The position numbers were made by a program, and so were the translations under genes. From positions 1-63,715 of IMG/VR virus record IMGVR_UViG_3300025030_000014: DNA of 63,715 nt. One strand, 5' to 3'. The DNA is from a virus (taxonomy: Duplodnaviria; Caudoviricetes). This document shows positions 18,698 through 27,138 of the stretch, piece after piece (position 1 is the first letter of the stretch; every line of letters begins with the position of its first letter). The notes under the pieces are model-generated. The model did not search any database. It was not told the origin of the DNA and saw only the letters and a program-made list of their open reading frames with translations.

Positions 18698-20464
18698 ATG
18701 AGTAGAGATAATAGTCCAGTGTCGGAGACTTGCCCTTCTATAGATAAAGTAATTTCTATCATGGAAGATATTCGTGACGCTAACTCTTCTCTTCGTGAGT
18801 GGGGGAATGAACTCTACTATGAGTTAGATGAAGCTAAGTCTACTATCAGGGACTTAGAGCGAGAGATTGATGATCTGAAAGCTGAGGTGCGAGCATTAGA
18901 GGAGGAACTCTCTAATGAACGATCTTAGTGCCCTAGCCTACACTCCAGACGACCCTTCTTCCTGTCCTATCAAGGAAGTCTACGCTCTCTGGCATGATGT
19001 GTTGATGCAAGCGATATTTGACTTGCAGTATCACCCACTAGACTCTCGTAGCTCTCATAGATGGTTCTTGAGTGAGAGTGTAGAGATAGGTAGCTTTCTC
19101 TGGATATGTCACACTGTAGGGGGAAGCCCTGAGCACCTGCGAAAGAAGTATTCAACCCAACTCACCTCTATGATTACAGGGAAGTGTAAGAGTAGGGGGA
19201 GAGTGCACTGAGGAGAAGAGCTATGCAAAAGAAAATAGAAGTAAATGGCAAATTCTACAGACGTACTAAATGCAAAGAAGATGGTTTCTGCTTTGGTTGT
19301 GTAGGTTATGAAGCAGGTGGCCCTTGTACGGCACTATCTCCTTGCTATGAGAATGGCAAGAACTACATCTTTGTTGAAGTAAAAGAAAAGGAGCCCCTCT
19401 CCCATGACTGAAGAACTCGCGAGGACTAAATGGTGCCCACAAGTAAGATTAGGACTTGGCCCACAAGATCCTAGTTGGCAAGGTGCTATGTATTCTAACA
19501 GGGTTAATTGTACTGATGTTTCCTGCTGTTGTATCGCCTCAAACTGTATGATGTGGAGAGAAGTAAAGGACTATACAAGAAACTCTCCAAATGACTCCCT
19601 TGGAGGTTGTGAAGTCGTTGGTGGCTACTGTGGCCTAGCAGGAAAACTATAAAGGAGAAGGTTATGAACATAAATAAACTCAAAGCAGGAACAAAGTGTA
19701 GACTACTCCAGAATAGAATGGATTTAAAATCTGGACAGCTTGTGACAATTAGTACTGATTCAGCTTTTCATAGAGGAGATTCAGTACTAGACTTGCAAGG
19801 AGATTTATGGGTATCACCACTAGGGGATGGTGAATATAACCATCTCTGCTATTGTCTTTGTGATAGTGATGAGGCCCACGAGTATCTTAAAGTTCTGAAG
19901 TATTAAGGAGTACCTAACCATGAGAAAATGTAAACTCTGCTCCAACATCCTAACAGGGCTATCTCCACTATGCCCTAGTTGCTCACAGACTAAAGAGAAA
20001 TCAGAGGTGGTAGATCGGCCAGAGTATGTCTTCGGCCTCCAACCCCACGCTATCTTCTGCAATTCCTGTAAGGAGGTAGTTCTCCTAGAGAACGAATACC
20101 ACGAGCAATGTAACTCTCTAGACGATGACTGGTATTGTCCTGTGTGTGGGCATAAGGCTTGGTACATGCAGGATAATGAGGATGCGTACTTTAAGAGTAA
20201 CTTCAACGAAGACAAGGAGGAGAGATAGCCATGACTTCTACAGCATCCATATTCGCCTGGATAGACAAGAACGTAGACTATCTAGAGCACTCAAAAGAGG
20301 AACCCTCAGGCTTCTGGCCTCATGACTGTCTAGTCCATAGTCATGGTAGTCCTTGTATATACTACCTACAGGATGAAGGCGAGTGTGAACTCAACTGCCT
20401 ACGTTACAAAGACCTCTCTTTCGTGGAGTACATCTCTCTGCGAGTAGAAGAGTCCAACTCTTAA
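18698..20464 (+). other. Cluster of small hypothetical genes (18698-18928, 18915-19211, 19223-19411, 19404-19652, 19664-19906, 19920-20228, 20231-20464)
   Basis: Overlapping or abutting ORFs with RBSs; several have CxxC motifs. Confidence 0.6.
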
Positions 20465-20629
20465 CCACTAACATCTTGCTATGGAGACTTGTAATGCCAA
20501 GGAGAAAAGAACTAGAGAACTATCGTCCGCCGCTTACGAAAGAAGAAATCCTCTTTCGTAAGAAGCTTTCTATTGTAGAAGAACGCCACAACCACAACAA
20601 GCCTACATTGCAAAGAAGGGAGAATAGAG

Positions 20630-20881
20630 ATGAGCTTAGGTAGTAAAGTAAGACGTTGGCAAGAAACCTTTGTGAACAATGGTACAGATTTCTAACACGC
20701 TCATATAGAGCGAGAGATTACAGAGTTACGGGAGGAGAATGAAGCCCTACGTAGACAGCAAGCTGCATTAGTTGATGCACTAAGACCTTTTACTATATAC
20801 CATTGTGATGATACTACCTGTGCTTGCTATAACTGTAATGGGTATAAGCTTCTTAAGAGGATCAAGGAGTCACAGATATGA
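20630..20881 (+). pseudogene. ORF interrupted by an in-frame TAA at 20693
   Basis: ATG 20630 with RBS; after 21 codons comes TAA, then the same frame stays open for 61 codons to TGA 20879-20881, which overlaps the next ATG. Confidence 0.5.
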
Positions 20882-21198
20882 ATCTTTCTACTGAAGAACA
20901 GAAACTCCTGACAGAGTGGCTTGGGGAATGTTGGCATGAAGAAGGTACACCTACAGGAATGGTATATCATCCTTATCGCTGTGCTAAGTGTATTAAACCT
21001 ATTCATGCTGGTGGCCCTTCTCGTCTCGACTTCTCCGACTGGAGAGTTGTGGGGAGGATAGTGGAGAAAGTAAGATCCCTGCATATTGCAAGTGACTATC
21101 TCTGTAAAGTGTTTAGTAACGCTATATTCTTTAGTGATAACCCTCAACTCGCTATCTGCCGAGCTATCCTGGCCTACTTACAAGAAGGAGAGAAGTGA
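20878..21198 (+). CDS. Hypothetical protein (LTE.LG.CWHE family), copy 1
   Basis: Similar N-terminus to 21370-21714; ends PQLAICRAIL (ABA-sandwich-like). Confidence 0.65.
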   Translation: MNLSTEEQKLLTEWLGECWHEEGTPTGMVYHPYRCAKCIKPIHAGGPSRLDFSDWRVVGRIVEKVRSLHIASDYLCKVFSNAIFFSDNPQLAICRAILAYLQEGEK

Positions 21199-21369
21199 TG
21201 TTAATGTGGATCAAATGTCTAATTGGACTACACAGCTACATAAGAACTGTAAGTGTGACTAGTGGCATACACTATAGAACTTGCAGGTATTGTGCCAAGC
21301 GTCAATCGTTACGACTTTCTGAAACTTGGGAAGATTGCTGTACAGAACTTCATGAAAGGATTAGTAGTC

Positions 21370-21714
21370 ATGAATAACTCTCAACTCTCCATCAACATCT
21401 TCCTCACAGAGAAGTTCCTAGGGAAGTGTTGGCATGAGTGTGACAAGCTAGTGTTTGCAGATCCTAACTATTCAACAGTGTATAGCTGTAAGAACTGCAA
21501 AGAAGTTTGGGAGACTAATGCTGACCTCTTCACCCCTGATGGCTTCTTCCTGCTCTGGGAGAAAGCACAAGGGGAGGAGTGGTGGGCAGCTTTTCGTAAG
21601 TATGCTTATAAAAAGAATATACCTCACTTTCATACTTTCTGGGAAAAAGAAGTTAACCCACTCACCTTCCCTACTCTCCTCGCAGAGTATCTGGGATGGA
21701 AGGAGGAGATATGA
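21370..21714 (+). CDS. Hypothetical protein (LTE.LG.CWHE family), copy 2
   Basis: FLTEKFLGKCWHE...CKNC; ATG 21370 after AAGGA. Confidence 0.65.
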   Translation: MNNSQLSINIFLTEKFLGKCWHECDKLVFADPNYSTVYSCKNCKEVWETNADLFTPDGFFLLWEKAQGEEWWAAFRKYAYKKNIPHFHTFWEKEVNPLTFPTLLAEYLGWKEEI

Positions 21715-21917
21715 CTACCCCACGGCCCTTTCGTAAAAAAGCCCTTCTAGATAGCACTACCAAGGTGCTTGTCTACATCTTTCTACTAGCATCTCTCTGC
21801 TCTTGTGGCAGCGATGAGAATGACTCCATCGTGGATTGTAGGATAATCGGAGGAGAGGTGGTCTTTGATGCTAACGGGAATTATGTCGGGTGTGTGGAAC
21901 CAACTAACTCTAACTAA
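21711..21917 (+). CDS. Small lipoprotein-like protein
   Basis: Hydrophobic segment ending LCSC (lipobox-like). Confidence 0.5.
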   Translation: MTTPRPFRKKALLDSTTKVLVYIFLLASLCSCGSDENDSIVDCRIIGGEVVFDANGNYVGCVEPTNSN

Positions 21918-21928
21918 GGAGATCTACC

Positions 21929-22252
21929 ATGAAATCACTAATCCTAGCTACCCTTCTACTCATCTTCTCCTCTTCCGCCTATGCAGATCTAGTCACTAGG
22001 GAGAAGACAATTACCTATCTCCATAACCAGCTAACACCTAAGGCCATTGTAACCTGTGACTCCCCTGACTGTATGGTTGCAACACTAAAACTCAACATGA
22101 TAAACAAACTTTCTCAGGAACAACTAGGCCCCTCTTGTAACCTGCTCTATCTCCAGTATGGAAAAGGTGTACTCATGCCTCAGGGATTCTCTTCAATGAT
22201 CGTAGTGGATACTTTAGATAACTTTATGTGTAGTAGTAAGTTGAACTACTAG
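21929..22252 (+). CDS. Secreted hypothetical protein
   Basis: Signal peptide ending AYA; TAAGGAG RBS. Confidence 0.6.
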   Translation: MKSLILATLLLIFSSSAYADLVTREKTITYLHNQLTPKAIVTCDSPDCMVATLKLNMINKLSQEQLGPSCNLLYLQYGKGVLMPQGFSSMIVVDTLDNFMCSSKLNY

Positions 22253-22409
22253 GGGACAAACAGATTAGAGCCTTTCGGACAATTTCCCCAAAGCAATCTA
22301 ATCATTTTGCCCACCTTTTAATGCTTTTGCCCCTTGTGTGAGTGAGCGTTTTGCTGTACTATTACTTTACCGGCAAAACATCAACTCTAACCTCAAGGAG
22401 CTACCCCGA

Positions 22410-22814
22410 ATGAAAAGCTTTAAAGACTCTGTTGGCGCACGTGTAGATAACAAAGTAGAAGTCCTCGCTACGTTTGACTTCTATGAAGTGGAGACTACTG
22501 AAGAAGCTATTACCCTCTTTGGTGAGGCTTCTGTCGTAGCCCTCATCAATCGCTCTTACATCCAAGGTCAGCAGAACCTTGCACGTGAAGCTTGTAAAAA
22601 AGACGGCGAAGGCAAGAAGAGTGAAGGGGAGATCCAGACCCTTATTACTAACTACAAGCCTGGGGCTTCTGTCACTCGCTTCAGTATCAAGAACTACCTC
22701 GCTCTCTTCAATGCCGCTGTTGAAGCTGAGAAGTACGAGATTGCTAAAGCCGCTGCTGCTATCTACCGTGATGGCAGTCCTGAGGAAGCTTTCAACTTCC
22801 TGCTGGAGAACTAA
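22410..22814 (+). CDS. Hypothetical protein
   Basis: AAGGAG RBS before ATG 22410; codon usage resembles that of the capsid gene. Confidence 0.7.
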   Translation: MKSFKDSVGARVDNKVEVLATFDFYEVETTEEAITLFGEASVVALINRSYIQGQQNLAREACKKDGEGKKSEGEIQTLITNYKPGASVTRFSIKNYLALFNAAVEAEKYEIAKAAAAIYRDGSPEEAFNFLLEN

Positions 22815-22873
22815 TCCTCTAGGGTTAGTAACCAGCTCGACCTAACTCTCCTCTCGCTTGAGTTACTAACCTA

Positions 22874-22913
22874 GGCGGGTAGTAAGAATCTTTGCCGGTA
22901 CTTACTACCCGCC
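22874..22913 (+). terminator. Terminator-like hairpin
   Basis: 13-bp stem GGCGGGTAGTAAG/CTTACTACCCGCC; weak U-tail. Confidence 0.5.
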
Positions 22914-22988
22914 GAAATTTAGAAATAAAAGTGAGTGAGTGAGTGAATGTTTCAAATGTTCCACCTAGTACAACTCAGGGATACAAGT

Positions 22989-23569
22989 AAATAGTTCTTT
23001 ATCCCTGTAGAAGCACAGCTTGCCCACCTATGAAAATGAGAGAGTGACAACGAGTGCCACTTAGCGATACTGATAGACGCGGTGAAGGGTGCACAAGCTA
23101 ATCTCTCAAGGGAAACCCGTATGGTGAATCTCCTCAAAGTCGGCGAAAGCTTCTAGTAGAGACTGAAATCCCTTCCTACAGCGTAAGCCTAGAGAAGGTC
23201 AGTAGAGTCATTCTGGTCGAAATCCAGCTGCTATGCCCACGCCGAGCGAAGCCCCCTTGTAAAATAGGTGTGAATCCTACATGACAAACAATCCGTTATA
23301 TGCGGAAAAGGGGAACGTGTAGAGACTAGACGGGGAGGAGTTAAGGAAGTAAAAGGCGCACTCAAGAAGAGTGTCAGCCTAGCTGGAATAATGCTACTTC
23401 TAAGCTCAAGGCATAGTCCAGACTACAAACACTATGTGAAGACAGGGATTCGACACAAGAGTATTGAATAGGAATATAAAGTAGGCTAGTCCGAAACAGA
23501 AACCTTAGTAGACTCAACTGTGGCTCGGCGTGTTGGTTAGCTAGTGACAGCGAAAGCTGTAGTGGTAAG
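22989..23569 (+). ncRNA. ORF-less group I intron/ribozyme (IC3-like); 5' boundary inferred
   Basis: P3 CTCCTC(23130)/GGGGAG(23332); P AAAGTCGGCGAA; Q GCCGAGCGAAGC; R GTGTAGAGACTAGACGG (23317); S AAGGCATAGTCC (23408); P9.0 GACTAC/GTGGT; GNRA hairpin ACAGC-GAAA-GCTGT; terminal GTGGTAAG with omega-G at 23569. Confidence 0.85.
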
Positions 23570-23667
23570 AGTGGTAACTCAATGAACGGTGGTTCAATGA
23601 CGGGGTTATACTCCCCTAGGAGTTCACCAGACCAGCACCTCAGTGGTATATCAGGGGTAGCTATTAC

Positions 23668-23743
23668 AAGGGCGAATGTTCCAAGGTTGGCGAACGAGTC
23701 TCCAAAACTTGTTGGCTAGGTTCGATTCCTAGCGTCCTTGCCA
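23668..23743 (+). tRNA. tRNA-Trp (CCA)
   Basis: 76 nt: acceptor AAGGGCG/CGTCCTT, anticodon arm CGAGT-CTCCAAA-ACTTG, T-arm CTAGG-TTCGATT-CCTAG, G73 and encoded CCA. Confidence 0.9.
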
Positions 23744-24018
23744 TTATTCTAAGCACCTTCAACCCACTCTGGTAACACATCTCTCTCCTCCATAGAAGAC
23801 CCTCCGCTTCTGTGCTAACTCTTACCAGAGTGGATTTAAGAGGCTTAGCAGCACATCTTACAATCAAAAGGAGATCTACATGAGCAACATTCTACGCAAG
23901 ATCGAACGTACACAGAAGTGGCTAATCACAGGCTCTAGGAAGTTCACCAAAGCCTACAAGGATGCACGTTACAATGGTAAGCTTAAAGAATACTTCGCTC
24001 AGTATAGGAGTGTATAAC

Positions 24019-24180
24019 ATGACTAACGACGTAGAAATTCCAGAGCAGCAACGTATCAGAGATGCTGAGTCCAAGAAACGCTTTGGCAATAGCAAGTACA
24101 CTCCTCATCAATCTACCAAAGAGAAATCCCGTAGGCTCAAGCAACTAGCTTCTGGTAAGCTTACCTTCAAGGGAGCTTAA
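24019..24180 (+). CDS. Small basic hypothetical protein
   Basis: AGGAG RBS; SKYTPHQ..KE..RR.KQ motif. Confidence 0.6.
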   Translation: MTNDVEIPEQQRIRDAESKKRFGNSKYTPHQSTKEKSRRLKQLASGKLTFKGA

Positions 24181-24184
24181 CCTC

Positions 24185-24616
24185 ATGGCCCTACGATGGT
24201 CGCTCACAGAAGGAGCGTATAACAAATACGCCCACTTCTTTAACAAAGATCTACCAATAGAAATCCCTGCTAACTCCCCTGTAGCCACAGCTTCTCATCT
24301 CCGAGACATTATAAAATGGGCTCATCTTAACAAGCGCAAAGGAGGAGAGTTATACGGGAAAGTTAGAGTCTCTCCGCAAGAAGGGAACTTGGTAAAGATC
24401 ATTCCTCTTGTCTCTGTTAATGCTAACCTACCTACACATAATATCTTCGAGCTTATGTGTCTGCTAGGTGATGAAGCTCTCCCCCACGGCTACAAAGCTC
24501 ACGTCTCAGATGGAATAGAAGCAGTCCTAGCCATGCAAGATGGTTTCCCACAATACAACTTCATCCCTCTCCATGCGGATATTATGGAGTTTCAGAAAGT
24601 AGGAGGATTGTTATGA
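24185..24616 (+). CDS. Hypothetical protein
   Basis: Packed ORF with GGAG RBS. Confidence 0.65.
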   Translation: MALRWSLTEGAYNKYAHFFNKDLPIEIPANSPVATASHLRDIIKWAHLNKRKGGELYGKVRVSPQEGNLVKIIPLVSVNANLPTHNIFELMCLLGDEALPHGYKAHVSDGIEAVLAMQDGFPQYNFIPLHADIMEFQKVGGLL

Positions 24617-24972
24617 GTCAGGATTTTAGCACAGCGAAGGTAGGGGATAAGGTTTGGACGATAGCTGATGGTGATAGTGCAATTAATTCACTAGACCCAA
24701 AAGATAAGCTTTGTATTAAAGTAGGGGAGTATTGGTATACTAAAGATGGCAAGATTGGTGAGCTAGATAAAATGCAATCCCTCTTCTGGTCTAACCCAAA
24801 CATCATAGCTCCTGAGAAGCCGAAGAAGGTAGTGAAGCATGAAGTTCTTATTCCAACATCATTAACTATTAGTAGCACACAAGATAGAAGTTTGATAGTA
24901 TCCTTTAATTCTTTACGTATTCCAGATACAATAAACATTAAAGCTATTCTTTACTATGAAACTCTGGAGTAG
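24613..24972 (+). CDS. Hypothetical protein (AKVGDKVW, SH3-like)
   Basis: FSTAKVGDKVW...YTKDGK...SLFW pattern. Confidence 0.65.
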   Translation: MSQDFSTAKVGDKVWTIADGDSAINSLDPKDKLCIKVGEYWYTKDGKIGELDKMQSLFWSNPNIIAPEKPKKVVKHEVLIPTSLTISSTQDRSLIVSFNSLRIPDTINIKAILYYETLE

Positions 24973-24978
24973 CTCTAC

Positions 24979-25263
24979 ATGAATTATGCAGACTTATTTC
25001 CTAAACCTATTACAGAATGCACCGATGAAGAAATCATAGCACGAGCTATGGAACTCCGAGAAAAGAACGCTCTACCCAAATTCTCCTCCATCGGTAAAGC
25101 ACCTAAACTAGCAAAGGAGAAAGTAGCTAAAACTCCTGTGCTCTCCAAAGCAGAGCTTGCCATGCAGTCCATTCTAGAATCCGCAATGGCTAAGAAAGCT
25201 GCAAAGGATTCCACTAATGAGAAAGAAGATAGTAGTAACCCTAGCACTGATCTTCCTAGCTAG
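24979..25263 (+). CDS. Hypothetical protein
   Basis: Packed ORF. Confidence 0.55.
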   Translation: MNYADLFPKPITECTDEEIIARAMELREKNALPKFSSIGKAPKLAKEKVAKTPVLSKAELAMQSILESAMAKKAAKDSTNEKEDSSNPSTDLPS

Positions 25264-25720
25264 TGTAAGTGCAGTCTTTTATCTAAAGGTGAAAAGAGTA
25301 GCGAAAGAGCTTGTTCCTGTAACCATCATCGAGATTGACCCTAACCTCAAGTCTCTTAACTGGCTGACTACGTTCTTTCAAAAGCATAACATCCAGAATG
25401 CAGATGAGTTAGCCCTAGCTCTACTCCTAGCACCAGCTGCCTATCGTGAAGTCCTTGCAGCAATAGCTGTGCAGGAAGGGACTCATGGAGATACTACAGT
25501 GGTGGGAAGAGCAGGGGAAAAGGGGATCTTCCAAGTACGGGAGAAATACTGGGGCAAAGTCCCACGAGACATAGCAGGGCAAGTGCTCCAAGCCTCGTAT
25601 ATCTACGCTTCTCTACACAAGATACATGGTTCTGAGTATCGAGCAGTCAAGGCTTACAACGGAAGCGGGTATAAAGCCCAACAATATGCTTATGCAGTTC
25701 TAGCGATGAAAGGGGAGTGA
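25217..25720 (+). CDS. Membrane-anchored lytic transglycosylase (SLT-like)
   Basis: N-terminal TM; LAAIAVQE (catalytic E), GEKGIFQV and AVKAYNG lysozyme-fold motifs. Confidence 0.75.
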   Translation: MRKKIVVTLALIFLASVSAVFYLKVKRVAKELVPVTIIEIDPNLKSLNWLTTFFQKHNIQNADELALALLLAPAAYREVLAAIAVQEGTHGDTTVVGRAGEKGIFQVREKYWGKVPRDIAGQVLQASYIYASLHKIHGSEYRAVKAYNGSGYKAQQYAYAVLAMKGE

Positions 25721-26021
25721 GATGAACCTAGATTATAAAACAGTAGCAAGTTGGTGTGTAGTAGCTCTATTACTTGGCTTCTTCATGCAAATCGGTAACA
25801 AGATGGCTGAGAATGTCTGGCCTGACAAGCCTATCCAGATTATAGATATTACGGAAGTGGAGTAGTCTTTATGCTAATCGTAATCGACCCTATCCGTAAG
25901 CTCTACAAACGCTTTGTCGGACATACCTGCACTCACAAGGCAGAGGCAGATACTCACTTAACAGCAGGAGAAGTAGAACAGTTCCGAGTCAATCCTAATA
26001 GTGCAATAGTGGAGGAATCAG

Positions 26022-26243
26022 ATGCCCCTAAAGCCTCGTAAGGTAAAACGAGTAGTCTCTCCCATCGAACTAGCTCGCCGCGAATGGTGTTCCCGTAACT
26101 TCCGCATAGCAGGTCTACTAGCCAACATCGACCAAATTGCCTCTGAGCTTAGAGTAGATGCTGGGAGATATAAGGCTTCAGTAGAAGTGCTGAGGGACTT
26201 TAACAACTCCTGGGGTAAGGCTCAGGGGATTAAGATTGGGTAG
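26022..26243 (+). CDS. Hypothetical protein
   Basis: GGAGG RBS. Confidence 0.55.
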   Translation: MPLKPRKVKRVVSPIELARREWCSRNFRIAGLLANIDQIASELRVDAGRYKASVEVLRDFNNSWGKAQGIKIG

Positions 26244-26250
26244 GAGTTCT

Positions 26251-27138
26251 ATGGAAGATTACTCAGCAGCAAATCTAAAGGTTAGACAATCTCTTCCTTT
26301 AGAAGCAAAGGTAAACTTTGCAAGATCACGAATCATAGATTGGTATGAACGTAACTCAGGAGATGTTTATATTTCCTTTTCTGGAGGTAAGGATAGTACT
26401 GTACTTCTACATCTTGTACGTTCTATCTATCCAAACGTACCTGCTGTATTTGCTAACACTGGACTTGAGTACCCAGAAATTGTAGAATTTGTTTCTACAA
26501 TAGAGAATGTAATAACAATTAGACCAAAAATGTCTTTCAAGTCTGTTATAGAAACTTACGGCTACCCAGTAATCAGCAAGGAACAAGCACAATACATTGG
26601 AGAGTACCAAACTACAAAATCAGCAGATCTAAAGTTTACTCGTAAGTATGGTAACTCTTCTGGCCGAGGCAAGATAAGTAACAAGTGGTTCTTTATGACT
26701 ACAGCACCTTTTAAGATTTCTCATAAGTGTTGTGACAAGTTAAAGAAAGAGCCATTTAAGATTTACGAAAAAGCTACTAAGCAAACTCCATACATAGGTA
26801 CAATGGCTTGCGACAGTGGCTTACGTTTCCAGTCTTATATCAAGTATGGATGCAATACCTTTAAAACTGTTAGGGCTTCAAGTCGTCCATTAAGTGTATG
26901 GCTAGAAGAAGATATTTGGGAGTATATTAAGCAGCATAATCTACCATATTGCTCAGTGTATGATAAAGGAATAGAAAGAACTGGTTGCATATTCTGCTTA
27001 TTTGGTATTGGACTTACAAAACAGAATGCAATAAGTTACTTGAAAGTCTATCATCCAAACTTATATGAATACTGTATGAGTCAGTTAGGTATGCGAGAGG
27101 TATTAGATTTTATGCAAATTAAAGAGAGTACTCTATAA
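26251..27138 (+). CDS. PAPS-reductase-family (PP-loop, Fe-S) protein
   Basis: SFSGGKDS PP-loop, NTGLEYPE, CC..LKK, RTGCIFC; ATG 26251 after AGGAG. Confidence 0.9.
   Translation: MEDYSAANLKVRQSLPLEAKVNFARSRIIDWYERNSGDVYISFSGGKDSTVLLHLVRSIYPNVPAVFANTGLEYPEIVEFVSTIENVITIRPKMSFKSVIETYGYPVISKEQAQYIGEYQTTKSADLKFTRKYGNSSGRGKISNKWFFMTTAPFKISHKCCDKLKKEPFKIYEKATKQTPYIGTMACDSGLRFQSYIKYGCNTFKTVRASSRPLSVWLEEDIWEYIKQHNLPYCSVYDKGIERTGCIFCLFGIGLTKQNAISYLKVYHPNLYEYCMSQLGMREVLDFMQIKESTL

Noticed and set aside
7202-22814. Possible homology between the 7202-7825 and 22410-22814 proteins
   Set aside because: Only a vague pattern similarity by eye; cannot be supported without a profile comparison.
23040-23520. 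RNase P RNA-like fragments (GGTGAAGGGTGC, ACAGAAACC)
   Set aside because: The universal GAGGAAAGUCC P4 motif is absent, and the group I core explains the region better.
23436-23629. tmRNA-like ends (GGATTCGAC at 23446 and GACGGGG...CCCC...ACCA)
   Set aside because: No G3.U70 alanine acceptor stem can be formed and there is no tag ORF. The GGATTCGAC lies inside the predicted P9 region of the group I ribozyme.
22947-23719. Spliced ORF MFQMFHLVQLRDTS+SGNSMNGG... created by the predicted splice
   Set aside because: It is open, but has no clear SD, has low-information composition and runs into the tRNA; likely chance.
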